Source: an uncultured Flavobacteriales bacterium (GTDB lineage: Bacteria; Bacteroidota; Bacteroidia; Flavobacteriales_D; Crocinitomicaceae). Taken from it: a stretch of 64,000 nt of DNA. Every line of letters starts with the position of its first letter. The first letter of the stretch is position 1. The notes under the pieces were generated by a model. The model did not search any database. It saw only the letters and a program-made list of their open reading frames with translations, and had not been told where the DNA came from. The DNA is taken from positions 240 through 64,239 of the forward strand of contig CAJQJL010000029.1 of the NCBI GenBank assembly GCA_905478665.1, in the 5' to 3' direction. Below are positions 56,097 through 64,000 of the stretch, piece after piece. Made by a program: the position numbers and the translations under genes.

Positions 56097-57359
56097 TTAT
56101 TGCGTAATAATCATGCCTGCTGCAACCGTTTCGTTGGTTGAGTCATCGATAAGAATAATACTTCCTGTAATTCGATTGTCTCTGTAGGAATCGATCATCA
56201 AAGGTTTTGTCGTCCGTATTTTTGCGCGACAGATATCATTCATGTTGAGTTCTTTGTCTGCTGTATCGCGGTCAAAAGTGTTGACGTCTACTTTGTAAAT
56301 GACTTCTTTAATAATCGCCTTTTGTTCGTTTGAAGTATGCATGATTGAATACTTTGCACGAGGTTTGGCTGGGGAATCATTGAGCCAACAAAGCATGACT
56401 TCAATGTCTTGTGAGCATTCAGGTCGGTTCTTCGCACGTACAATCATGTCTCCACGGCTAACGTCAATGTCATCCTCAAGTGTTATGGATACTGACATGG
56501 GAGCAAATGCTTCATCCAGTGAACCATCTTCTGTGTCAATAGACTTTATGCGAGATGCAAATCCAGAAGGAAGTACAAGGACCTCATCGTTTGGACGAAA
56601 AATACCACTTGCAACACGACCTGCATAACCTCTGTAGTCGATAAAGCCTTCGCGTTGTGGGCGCAGAACTGTTTGTACTGGGAAGCGAGCGTCTACTTTA
56701 TTGATGTCACTGCTGATGTGCATTGTTTCTAATGTGTGGAGAAGAGGTGCTCCTGCGTACCAATCCATGTTTTTTGAACGGTTCACTACGTTGTCGCCAT
56801 CAAGTGCGCTTATTGGGATATAATGAACATCCTTGATCAACATTTTTGAAGAGATATTTTCGTATTCTGCAACAATTTCATTGAAAACATCCTCTTTGTA
56901 TTCCACAAGGTCCATTTTATTGACACAAACAACTATGTGGGAGATTTGAAGAAGTGAGGCAATAAATGAATGACGCTTAGTTTGTTCAATTACACCGTTT
57001 CGCGCATCAATTAATATGATTGCTGCATTCGCTGTTGAGGCTCCAGTAACCATGTTTCGGGTGTACTGAATATGTCCAGGTGTATCGGCAATGATAAACT
57101 TTCTCTTTGGTGTTGTGAAATAACGATAAGCCACATCAATAGTGATCCCTTGTTCCCTTTCATCTCTCAATCCATCGGTAAAAAGTGCTAAGTCAACTCC
57201 TGCATGACCTTTACGAATGCTTGTTTTTTCTACGGCGTCTAATTGATCTTCAAAAATGGACTTTGAATCGTATAGAAGTCGGCCAATGAGCGTACTTTTT
57301 CCGTCATCGACACTTCCTGCTGTTGTAAATCTTAATAGTTGACTATTTTCTAAATTCAT
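56097..57359 (-). CDS. cysN: Sulfate adenylyltransferase subunit 1 (GTPase)
   Basis: 420 aa with G1 GSVDDGKSTLIGRLL, DTPGH and NKMD. There is no fused APS-kinase domain. Confidence 0.92.
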   Translation of the reverse strand: MNLENSQLLRFTTAGSVDDGKSTLIGRLLYDSKSIFEDQLDAVEKTSIRKGHAGVDLALFTDGLRDEREQGITIDVAYRYFTTPKRKFIIADTPGHIQYTRNMVTGASTANAAIILIDARNGVIEQTKRHSFIASLLQISHIVVCVNKMDLVEYKEDVFNEIVAEYENISSKMLIKDVHYIPISALDGDNVVNRSKNMDWYAGAPLLHTLETMHISSDINKVDARFPVQTVLRPQREGFIDYRGYAGRVASGIFRPNDEVLVLPSGFASRIKSIDTEDGSLDEAFAPMSVSITLEDDIDVSRGDMIVRAKNRPECSQDIEVMLCWLNDSPAKPRAKYSIMHTSNEQKAIIKEVIYKVDVNTFDRDTADKELNMNDICRAKIRTTKPLMIDSYRDNRITGSIILIDDSTNETVAAGMIITQ

Positions 57360-57368
57360 GTCTTTAGC

Positions 57369-58274
57369 TTAAAAGTACCCTTCACGTTTTCTGTCTTCCA
57401 TTGCGCTCTCCGATCGTTTGTCGTCTGCTCGGTTACCTCGTTCCGTTTGACGCATCGCCGCAACTTCGATTGCTATTTTTTCAATCGTATCTGCCTCAGA
57501 TTCTATTCCTCCAGTTATGGTAATGTCTCCGAGGGTTCTAAAGCGAATTTTCTTCGTCTCAATTTTGTCTTTTTCATCCAGTTTGAGGAATTCAGAATTC
57601 GGAATCCAAGATCCATTTCTCCAAACAACTTCACGTTCATGTGCGAAATAAAGTGAGGGAAGTTCAATCTTTTCACGTTGAAGGTAGTTCCAAACATCCA
57701 TTTCCGTCCAGTTGCTGATTGGGAATACTCTGAAATGTTCTCCTTCATAGTGTTTGCCATTAAACATGTTCCACAATTCGGGTCGCTGATTTTTTGGATC
57801 CCATTGACCAAATTCATCCCGATGTGAGAAAAAACGTTCTTTGGCACGTGCCTTTTCTTCATCTCTACGAGCACCTCCAATTGCACAGTCAATGCGCTCT
57901 GACTCTATGGTGTCCAGCAAGGTTGTGATCTGAAGTGCGTTTCGTGTTGCATTTTTTCCTTTTTCCTCAGCTACACGCCCAGTATCAATTGATTCTTGGA
58001 CGGACCCTACAATTAACTGAACGCCCAATTTTTCTACTAGCTGATCTCTAAATTCGATTGCTTCGGGGAAATTATGACCTGTATCCACATGCATCAAGGC
58101 AAAAGGAATTTTGGATGGGTAGAATGCCTTTTTTGCCAAATGGGTGACAAGAATTGAGTCTTTTCCTCCAGAAAATAGAATTACAGGGTTTTGGAATTTA
58201 GCAAAGACTTCACGTAAGATAAATATTGCTTCAGATTCAAGTTCATCCAAATAATTCAAGTAGTATTTACTCAT
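57369..58274 (-). CDS. cysD: Sulfate adenylyltransferase subunit 2
   Basis: 301 aa with PP-loop LFSGGKDS and the conserved C-terminal ...RFRTLGD...ERGNRADDK... Confidence 0.95.
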   Translation of the reverse strand: MSKYYLNYLDELESEAIFILREVFAKFQNPVILFSGGKDSILVTHLAKKAFYPSKIPFALMHVDTGHNFPEAIEFRDQLVEKLGVQLIVGSVQESIDTGRVAEEKGKNATRNALQITTLLDTIESERIDCAIGGARRDEEKARAKERFFSHRDEFGQWDPKNQRPELWNMFNGKHYEGEHFRVFPISNWTEMDVWNYLQREKIELPSLYFAHEREVVWRNGSWIPNSEFLKLDEKDKIETKKIRFRTLGDITITGGIESEADTIEKIAIEVAAMRQTERGNRADDKRSESAMEDRKREGYF

Positions 58275-58867
58275 GCGCGTTCCAGTTTAGTTCGAATTTT
58301 TTCTAATATCATTTCTACCGCTTCATCAACACTTGTTTTTTCTGTGTCGATTTCTAAATCTGCAGAAACAGGCGGCTCATATGGCGATGAAACACCTGTA
58401 AAGTCACTAATCTCTCCTTTTCTAGCTTTTTTATAAAGCCCTTTAACATCTCTTCGTTCACATTCTTCTATGGAAGTTGTCATATACACTTCCACGTAAT
58501 TTTCTGTACCAACAATTGTACGGATGTTTTCTCTTTCTTTTTCAAATGGAGCGATAAAGGCCGCAAGTACAACGGTGCCAGCATCGACCAGTAGATTTGA
58601 AACTTCAGCAATACGACGGATATTTTCCTTTCGCCCTTCTTGAGTGAAACTAAGGTCTTTGTTTAACCCTTGACGGATATTGTCTCCGTCTAGAAGGTAA
58701 GTGCTGACACCTTTTTTAAAGAGTGCTTGCTCTACAGCATTCGCTACAGTTGATTTTCCAGAACCAGAAAGTCCTGTAAACCAAAGAAGAAAAGAGTTGT
58801 GTTTGTGCTGCTTTCTTCTATCCTCTCGGGTGACTCCGAAGTGCTGCTTTACCGTATTGTTGGTCAT
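58271..58867 (-). CDS. cysC: Adenylyl-sulfate (APS) kinase
   Basis: 198 aa with WFTGLSGSGKST, LDGDNIRQGLNKDL and FISP-like AAFIAPF. Confidence 0.93.
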   Translation of the reverse strand: MTNNTVKQHFGVTREDRRKQHKHNSFLLWFTGLSGSGKSTVANAVEQALFKKGVSTYLLDGDNIRQGLNKDLSFTQEGRKENIRRIAEVSNLLVDAGTVVLAAFIAPFEKERENIRTIVGTENYVEVYMTTSIEECERRDVKGLYKKARKGEISDFTGVSSPYEPPVSADLEIDTEKTSVDEAVEMILEKIRTKLERA

Positions 58868-59091
58868 TTGCTTTTACGTTTGCTTTTTTCCAGACCAAAG
58901 TCTGCTTTGTACCACATGCGTTCATGAAAATAGTAAAGAATCATCTTTATAAAAAATTCCCAACCACCAATAGTTAGTCCTATGAGCGGATCACCAGAGA
59001 TGATCCAAGCAAGTATAATAGTTGTAAGCGATGCAAGAATTCGCCATGTAATAGTCTTGGCAATGTGCCTTTTTCTCGATTGATCTTTCAC
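58864..59091 (-). CDS. DUF2061-family small membrane protein
   Basis: 75 aa with RHIAKTITWRILASLTT... and two TM helices. Overlaps cysC by 4 nt. Confidence 0.65.
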   Translation of the reverse strand: MKDQSRKRHIAKTITWRILASLTTIILAWIISGDPLIGLTIGGWEFFIKMILYYFHERMWYKADFGLEKSKRKSK

Positions 59092-59108
59092 TTGAAGTGT
59101 TTGTAAGA

Positions 59109-59116
59109 CAAATATA
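59109..59116 (-). promoter_or_regulatory. Candidate -7 box TATATTTG for the DUF2061-cysCDNQ-wzx... transcription unit
   Basis: Plus-strand CAAATATA is minus-strand TATATTTG (TAnnTTTG), 18 nt upstream of the ATG at 59091. Confidence 0.35.
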
Positions 59117-59235
59117 AAGGATTGAAAAGAATGAATATAGTGAGTATAGATTGGTATTCAACAATTGACCATTGAAAGATTGATATATCGATTTAGGGAA
59201 AATTTCCTACCTTGTTGCTTAGAAACTACTTGTGC

Positions 59236-60561
59236 ATGAGATTAATTTTTGTAATTGTTGCATTTAGTTTGGTCAACCTTTGCTACGGTCAATCCTATAA
59301 AAAGTGGTCTTTAGACGCTGGTATAGGCTTAAATAATTCAATTGGTCCGTTTGCAGAAGGTTACAGTTCCAATTACCTAACCTTTTTACACGCTAACTTA
59401 GGCGGGAGATATATGCTTTCGAATAGGTTTGGTATGAAGTTGGATGTTGGATTTGACCGAATTAAAAACGATGAATGGGGAAACATTAAGGGGCCTCAGC
59501 CGAACGTTATATCTGAGGATTTTCAGACCCATTATTTTCGTTTAACCTTGCAAGCTGTTTTTGATATTGGAAGAATGGCGCGATTTGAGAGGTTGGATGA
59601 GAACTTTGGTATGTTGTTACATTTTGGCTTTGGTTTTTCAAGTTTGAAAGATCAAAAGCGATCGGTTTGGTTTAAGGATTGGCATACGCAAGGATCGGAT
59701 GAAATGATGAATTATATGTTCGGATTGACACCTCAATATAGAATAAGTGATCACTGGTCCTTATTTTTTGATGCAAGTCTAGTTGCGAATGCTTGGCAAT
59801 CTAAAACATTTGATTTTACCGAAAACAACTTTAAAAAGGGGTTGCACGGAAGAATTATCGAGTTTTCATTGGGTGCTTCATACTATCTAGGGTCAGGAAA
59901 AAAACATATGGACTGGGTGCTTGATATTGAGAGACCAGTGGAGGTGGTGAAAGTTGTAGAGAAAAATACAATGAGAGATGAAGTAGAGAATAAGCCTGAA
60001 ACGGAAGAACCTGAAGGTCTTCCAGATGCAGATAATGATGGAATTCCAGATAGTGAGGATAATTGCCCATCGGTTTATGGTAAGGGCCCTGAAGGCTGTC
60101 CTAGTTTTGATACGGATAAGGATGGTGTTCCTGATTCCAAGGATGAATGTCCAGAAACGCCTGGTGTTATAGAAAATGACGGTTGTCCAGAGCTTGATTT
60201 ATACGTGAAAAAGGTATTTAATGAAGCGATGAATTATGTCGACTTTGAAGTGAACAGCGATAAGATGCTTGAAGAATCCTATCCTATTCTTGATAAAGTA
60301 GTGAAAGTGATGAATGAGTATCCAGAATTTCAAAAGCTCGAAATTAGGGCGCATACTGACGACTCAAAAGAGTCTGAACCGAATAGAGTTTTGTCCGAAG
60401 CTAGAGCAAAAGCTGTGAAAGATTATCTCCTTTCAAAAGGTGTGGAAGAAGGACGATTGGAGTCCAATGGTTACGGTGAGAAAAAACCGATCGCTTCCAA
60501 TGATAATCCAGCAGGAAGAGCGCAAAATGAGCGGATAGATTTCATGGTACATTACAAGTAG
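59236..60561 (+). CDS. OmpA-family outer-membrane protein with thrombospondin type-3 (Ca-binding) repeats
   Basis: The ATG at 59236 gives signal peptide MRLIFVIVAFSLVNLCYGQ (the ORF-track start 59212 is a TTG). Beta-barrel N-domain, TSP3 repeats (DADNDGIPDSEDNCP, DTDKDGVPDSKDECP) and a C-terminal OmpA domain (...RAHTDD...LSEARAKAV...NRRI-like NERIDF). Confidence 0.85.
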   Translation: MRLIFVIVAFSLVNLCYGQSYKKWSLDAGIGLNNSIGPFAEGYSSNYLTFLHANLGGRYMLSNRFGMKLDVGFDRIKNDEWGNIKGPQPNVISEDFQTHYFRLTLQAVFDIGRMARFERLDENFGMLLHFGFGFSSLKDQKRSVWFKDWHTQGSDEMMNYMFGLTPQYRISDHWSLFFDASLVANAWQSKTFDFTENNFKKGLHGRIIEFSLGASYYLGSGKKHMDWVLDIERPVEVVKVVEKNTMRDEVENKPETEEPEGLPDADNDGIPDSEDNCPSVYGKGPEGCPSFDTDKDGVPDSKDECPETPGVIENDGCPELDLYVKKVFNEAMNYVDFEVNSDKMLEESYPILDKVVKVMNEYPEFQKLEIRAHTDDSKESEPNRVLSEARAKAVKDYLLSKGVEEGRLESNGYGEKKPIASNDNPAGRAQNERIDFMVHYK

Positions 60562-60712
60562 AGAACCGAAATTGTCCATGACTTAATCGGTATAGATATT
60601 CGGAATTCCCAAATTCTTTAAAATTGTACGATAAAGTTCGTTTTCCAGCAATTGAATTGGCTTCAATTTTTTATCTTTAACCCCTTGTTTAAATCGTAAA
60701 GAACATCTCTAG

Positions 60713-61846
60713 ATGAAAAAAATTCAAATGGTCGATTTGATCACGCAGTATCAGAAGATTAAACCTGCGGTAGATTCGGCAATAACAGGCGTCCTTGAGA
60801 CGGCACAGTTCATAAATGGACCAGAGGTTAAAGCCTTTCAAAGTGAGTTAGAAGAATACTTGGGAGTTAATCACGTAATTCCTTGCGCTAATGGAACGGA
60901 TGCCTTGCAGATTGCACTGATGGCACTAGGGTTAAAGCCAGGTGATGAAGTGATTACACCTTCGTTTACGTTTATTGCTACAACTGAAGTGATCGCTTTG
61001 CTTGGGTTGAAGCCAATCTTTGTAGATGTTGATAAAGACACTTTTTGTATTAATGCCGCTGAAATTGAAGCGGCAATTACTCCGAATACAAAAGCAATTG
61101 TTCCAGTTCATCTATATGGGCAGTCTGCCAATATGGAGGAGATCATGAAGATTGCTGAAAAGCATAATCTTTTCGTAATTGAGGATAATGCTCAGGCGAT
61201 TGGTGGTGACTATCATCTTCCAAGTGGAGATGTTAAAACAGGCGGAATCGGTCATGTTGGGTGTACTTCGTTCTTCCCTTCCAAGAATCTTGGGTGCTAT
61301 GGAGATGGAGGTGCCATTTTTACAAATGATGACGCTTTAGCAGAAGAAATGCGCATGGTTGTAAATCATGGGCAGAGTAAGCGATACTACCATGATAGAG
61401 TGGGAGTTAATTCGCGCTTGGATAGTATTCAAGCTGCGGTACTGAGAATCAAATTACGTGAATTAGATAATTACATCAATGCTAGAAGAAAGGTTGCCGA
61501 TCATTATGATCGCTTCTTTGCACAATTCTCAGGAATAAAAACACCAGTTCGTGGCCCAGAGTCGCGACATGTATTTCATCAATATACACTTACTTTGGAA
61601 GGAATTGATAGAGATGCGCTAAATGCATACCTAGCAGAAAAAGATATCCCTTCGATGATCTATTACCCAGTTCCAGCACACAGACAGGAAATGTTTGCTT
61701 CTTTTGGAAGTGCAGAAACGGAATTGCCTGTAACTGATTGGTTGACACAGAGAGTGTTGTCTTTGCCAATCCATACGGAGATGGAAGATGATCAGTTGGA
61801 GTATATATGCTCAAATATTGCAGAGTTTATTAACGTTCACGCTTAA
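60713..61846 (+). CDS. DegT/DnrJ/EryC1/StrS-family sugar aminotransferase
   Basis: 377 aa with ...NGTDALQIAL..., FFPSKNLGCYGDGGA (PLP Lys) and the VNSRLDSIQAA pattern. Confidence 0.88.
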   Translation: MKKIQMVDLITQYQKIKPAVDSAITGVLETAQFINGPEVKAFQSELEEYLGVNHVIPCANGTDALQIALMALGLKPGDEVITPSFTFIATTEVIALLGLKPIFVDVDKDTFCINAAEIEAAITPNTKAIVPVHLYGQSANMEEIMKIAEKHNLFVIEDNAQAIGGDYHLPSGDVKTGGIGHVGCTSFFPSKNLGCYGDGGAIFTNDDALAEEMRMVVNHGQSKRYYHDRVGVNSRLDSIQAAVLRIKLRELDNYINARRKVADHYDRFFAQFSGIKTPVRGPESRHVFHQYTLTLEGIDRDALNAYLAEKDIPSMIYYPVPAHRQEMFASFGSAETELPVTDWLTQRVLSLPIHTEMEDDQLEYICSNIAEFINVHA

Positions 61847-61855
61847 AATATTCGA

Positions 61856-63187
61856 ATGAAAAAAATAGCAGTAGTCGGAACAGGATACGTTGGATTGGTA
61901 ACTGGAACATGTTTCGCTGAGACAGGTAATCAGGTTATTTGCGTTGATATCGATGAGAAGAAAGTGGAGCGTATGCGAAACGGAGAAGTTCCGATTTACG
62001 AGCCACATTTGGATGTTGTATTCGATAGAAATATTAATGCAAATCGTATTTCATTTACAACCAATCTTAAAGAGGCGATTGACTTTGCGGAAATCATATT
62101 TTTAGCACTTCCAACACCTCCAGGTGAGGATGGCTCTGCTGATTTGAGTTATGTGCTGAGTGCAGCAAAAGACATTGGTGCACTAATGACTGAATACAAG
62201 GTGATCGTCGATAAATCAACTGTGCCCGTAGGAACAGCAGAGAAGGTGGAAGCAGCGATAAGAGAGAATACAGATCTTGATTTTGCAGTGGTTTCTAATC
62301 CTGAATTTTTACGTGAAGGATTCGCCGTTGATGATTTTTTAAATCCTGACAGAGTGGTTGTTGGAACAAGTGATGAGAGAGCAGTGAGAATCATGACTGA
62401 ATTGTACAAGCCATTTATTCGTGACGGTCATCCGCTAATTATCATGGATGAGAAGTCGGCTGAGTTGACTAAGTACGCAGCCAATTCATTCCTTGCGACG
62501 AAGATTACGTTCATGAATGAAATTGCAAATTTCTGTGAGCGCGTTGGGGCAGATGTTGATAAAGTGCGCGAAGGAATAGGTTCTGATTCACGAATTGGAC
62601 ATAAGTTCTTGTATCCAGGAATTGGTTTTGGAGGAAGTTGTTTCCCGAAGGATGTGAGTGCATTGGTGAAAAGTGGAGGCGAATTTGGGTACGATTTTGA
62701 AATTATTCAAAGCGTATTGGATGTCAATGAACGTCAGAAAGTAGTGCTAATTGATAAGGTAGTAAATTACTTTGGAGATGTTTCTGGAATGCAATTCGCT
62801 CTATGGGGATTGGCGTTTAAACCAGACACTGATGATATTCGAGAGGCATCAGCCTTGTATATGATTGAAGCACTAATTAATGCTGGGGCAACGGTTGTTG
62901 CATTCGATCCTGAAGCAATGGACAATGTGAAAGATGTTGTTGGAGATGATATTGAGTTTGTGGATGATCAGTATGATGCATTGAAAGGCAGTGATGCTTT
63001 ATTGATTGCTACAGAATGGTCAGCATTTAGAAATCCAGACTTCGAGAAGATCAAGACGCTATTAAATCAACCAGTTATTTTTGATGGTCGTAACATCTAC
63101 GATTTAGAAGAAATGAAAAACAAAGGATTCCATTATAGTTCTATCGGAAGAAGAACAGTAAGTCCTTTGGTAAAGACAGAAAATTAA
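61856..63187 (+). CDS. ugd: UDP-glucose 6-dehydrogenase
   Basis: 443 aa with Rossmann motif [12 protein letters not shown] and catalytic region [10 protein letters not shown]. Confidence 0.92.
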   Translation: MKKIAVVGTGYVGLVTGTCFAETGNQVICVDIDEKKVERMRNGEVPIYEPHLDVVFDRNINANRISFTTNLKEAIDFAEIIFLALPTPPGEDGSADLSYVLSAAKDIGALMTEYKVIVDKSTVPVGTAEKVEAAIRENTDLDFAVVSNPEFLREGFAVDDFLNPDRVVVGTSDERAVRIMTELYKPFIRDGHPLIIMDEKSAELTKYAANSFLATKITFMNEIANFCERVGADVDKVREGIGSDSRIGHKFLYPGIGFGGSCFPKDVSALVKSGGEFGYDFEIIQSVLDVNERQKVVLIDKVVNYFGDVSGMQFALWGLAFKPDTDDIREASALYMIEALINAGATVVAFDPEAMDNVKDVVGDDIEFVDDQYDALKGSDALLIATEWSAFRNPDFEKIKTLLNQPVIFDGRNIYDLEEMKNKGFHYSSIGRRTVSPLVKTEN

Positions 63188-64000
63188 TGTCAGATAGAAA
63201 GAGAATTTTAATTACTGGAGCTGCAGGGTTTCTTGGATCTCACTTATGTGATTTTTTCATTGCTAAAGATTATCATGTAATCGCGATGGATAATTTAATC
63301 ACAGGAAGGCTGGAGAATATAGAGCACCTGTTTCCTTTGGAAAATTTTGAGTTTTGCAATCACGATGTGAGTAAATTTATTCATGTACCTGGCAAACTCG
63401 ATTACATCTTACATTTTGCCTCTCCAGCTAGCCCTATCGACTATTTGAAAATTCCTATCCAAACCTTAAAAGTTGGTTCATTGGGAATTCACAATTGTTT
63501 AGGTCTTGCATTGGCAAAAAATGCACGTGTTTTGATCGCCTCGACATCTGAAGTATATGGAGATCCGGAAGTTCATCCGCAGACCGAAGACTATTGGGGA
63601 CATGTGAATCCAGTTGGTCCCAGAGGTGTTTACGATGAAGCAAAACGGTTTCAGGAAGCAATGACAATGGCGTACCACACTTTTCACGGTGTAGAAACGC
63701 GAATCGTGCGGATATTCAATACTTATGGGCCACGAATGCGACTGAATGATGGTCGTGTTTTGCCTGCATTCATAGGCCAAGCATTGCGTGGGGAAGACCT
63801 AACGATTTTTGGTGACGGTTCACAAACGCGATCTTTTTGCTATGTGGATGATTTAGTTGAGGGGATTTATCGCTTATTGTTAAGTGATCATGCGCAACCC
63901 GTGAATATTGGGAACCCTTCAGAGATTTCTATCGGAGATTTTGCAGAAGAAATTATAAAATTGACAGGTACGAATCAGAAGGTGATTTATAAGGATTTAC
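63187..64000 (+). CDS. UDP-glucuronate decarboxylase (UDP-xylose synthase), 3'-truncated by the window end
   Basis: Not in the ORF track because there is no stop before the window end. Manual translation from the ATG at 63187 (TAATG overlap with ugd) gives [22 protein letters not shown]...[36 protein letters not shown], the UXS/SDR-extended signature. Confidence 0.85.
   Translation, partial: MSDRKRILITGAAGFLGSHLCDFFIAKDYHVIAMDNLITGRLENIEHLFPLENFEFCNHDVSKFIHVPGKLDYILHFASPASPIDYLKIPIQTLKVGSLGIHNCLGLALAKNARVLIASTSEVYGDPEVHPQTEDYWGHVNPVGPRGVYDEAKRFQEAMTMAYHTFHGVETRIVRIFNTYGPRMRLNDGRVLPAFIGQALRGEDLTIFGDGSQTRSFCYVDDLVEGIYRLLLSDHAQPVNIGNPSEISIGDFAEEIIKLTGTNQKVIYKDL

Noticed and set aside
63455-63780. 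70-aa and 93-aa minus-strand ORFs near the window end
   Set aside because: They are antisense to the clearly recognisable, unterminated UDP-glucuronate decarboxylase reading frame that starts at 63187.
1-64000. Search for CRISPR arrays, tRNA/rRNA genes, transposases/integrases, prophage or defence-system genes
   Set aside because: I saw no repeat-spacer arrays, no cloverleaf-like or rRNA-like conserved segments, and no DDE, tyrosine- or serine-recombinase, nuclease or helicase defence signatures in the translations. This was a visual scan only; tRNAscan-SE, Infernal and DefenseFinder would be needed to confirm it.

Overview
This is a densely coding, AT-rich chromosomal window that looks like a Bacteroidota (Flavobacteriia-type) genome. 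Supporting signs are a T9SS type-B C-terminal sorting domain cargo, a CarboxypepD_reg TonB-dependent receptor followed by a DUF4249 lipoprotein, a TSP3/OmpA protein, and TAnnTTTG-like -7 boxes. I support about 60 protein genes; most remaining ORF-track entries are antisense shadow ORFs. I recognised no rRNA, tRNA, CRISPR array, transposase or integrase.

The housekeeping backbone includes pheT, bioD-bioA, gap, ribD, kdtA, a split transketolase, an ECF sigma module, an oxyR/dps/ahpC peroxide module, and AtoE-like and NRAMP transporters.

Two accessory regions stand out.

(1) 35.9-41.2 kb is a minus-strand lasso-peptide (RiPP) operon. In transcription order it encodes an HPr-kinase-like kinase, a B2 protease, a 46-aa precursor ORF that is absent from the ORF track (39728..39868, found by manual translation), an Asn-synthetase-like cyclase, a YkgJ-type cysteine-cluster protein, a PqqD/B1 protein and an NTP_transf_5-like nucleotidyltransferase. 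It begins 5 nt after the wzc stop codon, and no dedicated exporter is visible.

(2) 41.2-64 kb is a Wzx/Wzy-type polysaccharide locus with three sulfotransferases and two acetyltransferases. It is fused to a DUF2061-cysC-cysD-cysN-cysQ PAPS-supply block, and DegT/Ugd/UXS sugar-nucleotide genes lie nearby. This predicts a heavily sulfated, acidic glycan.

All functional calls come from motifs I recognised by eye in the supplied translations. No database search was run.
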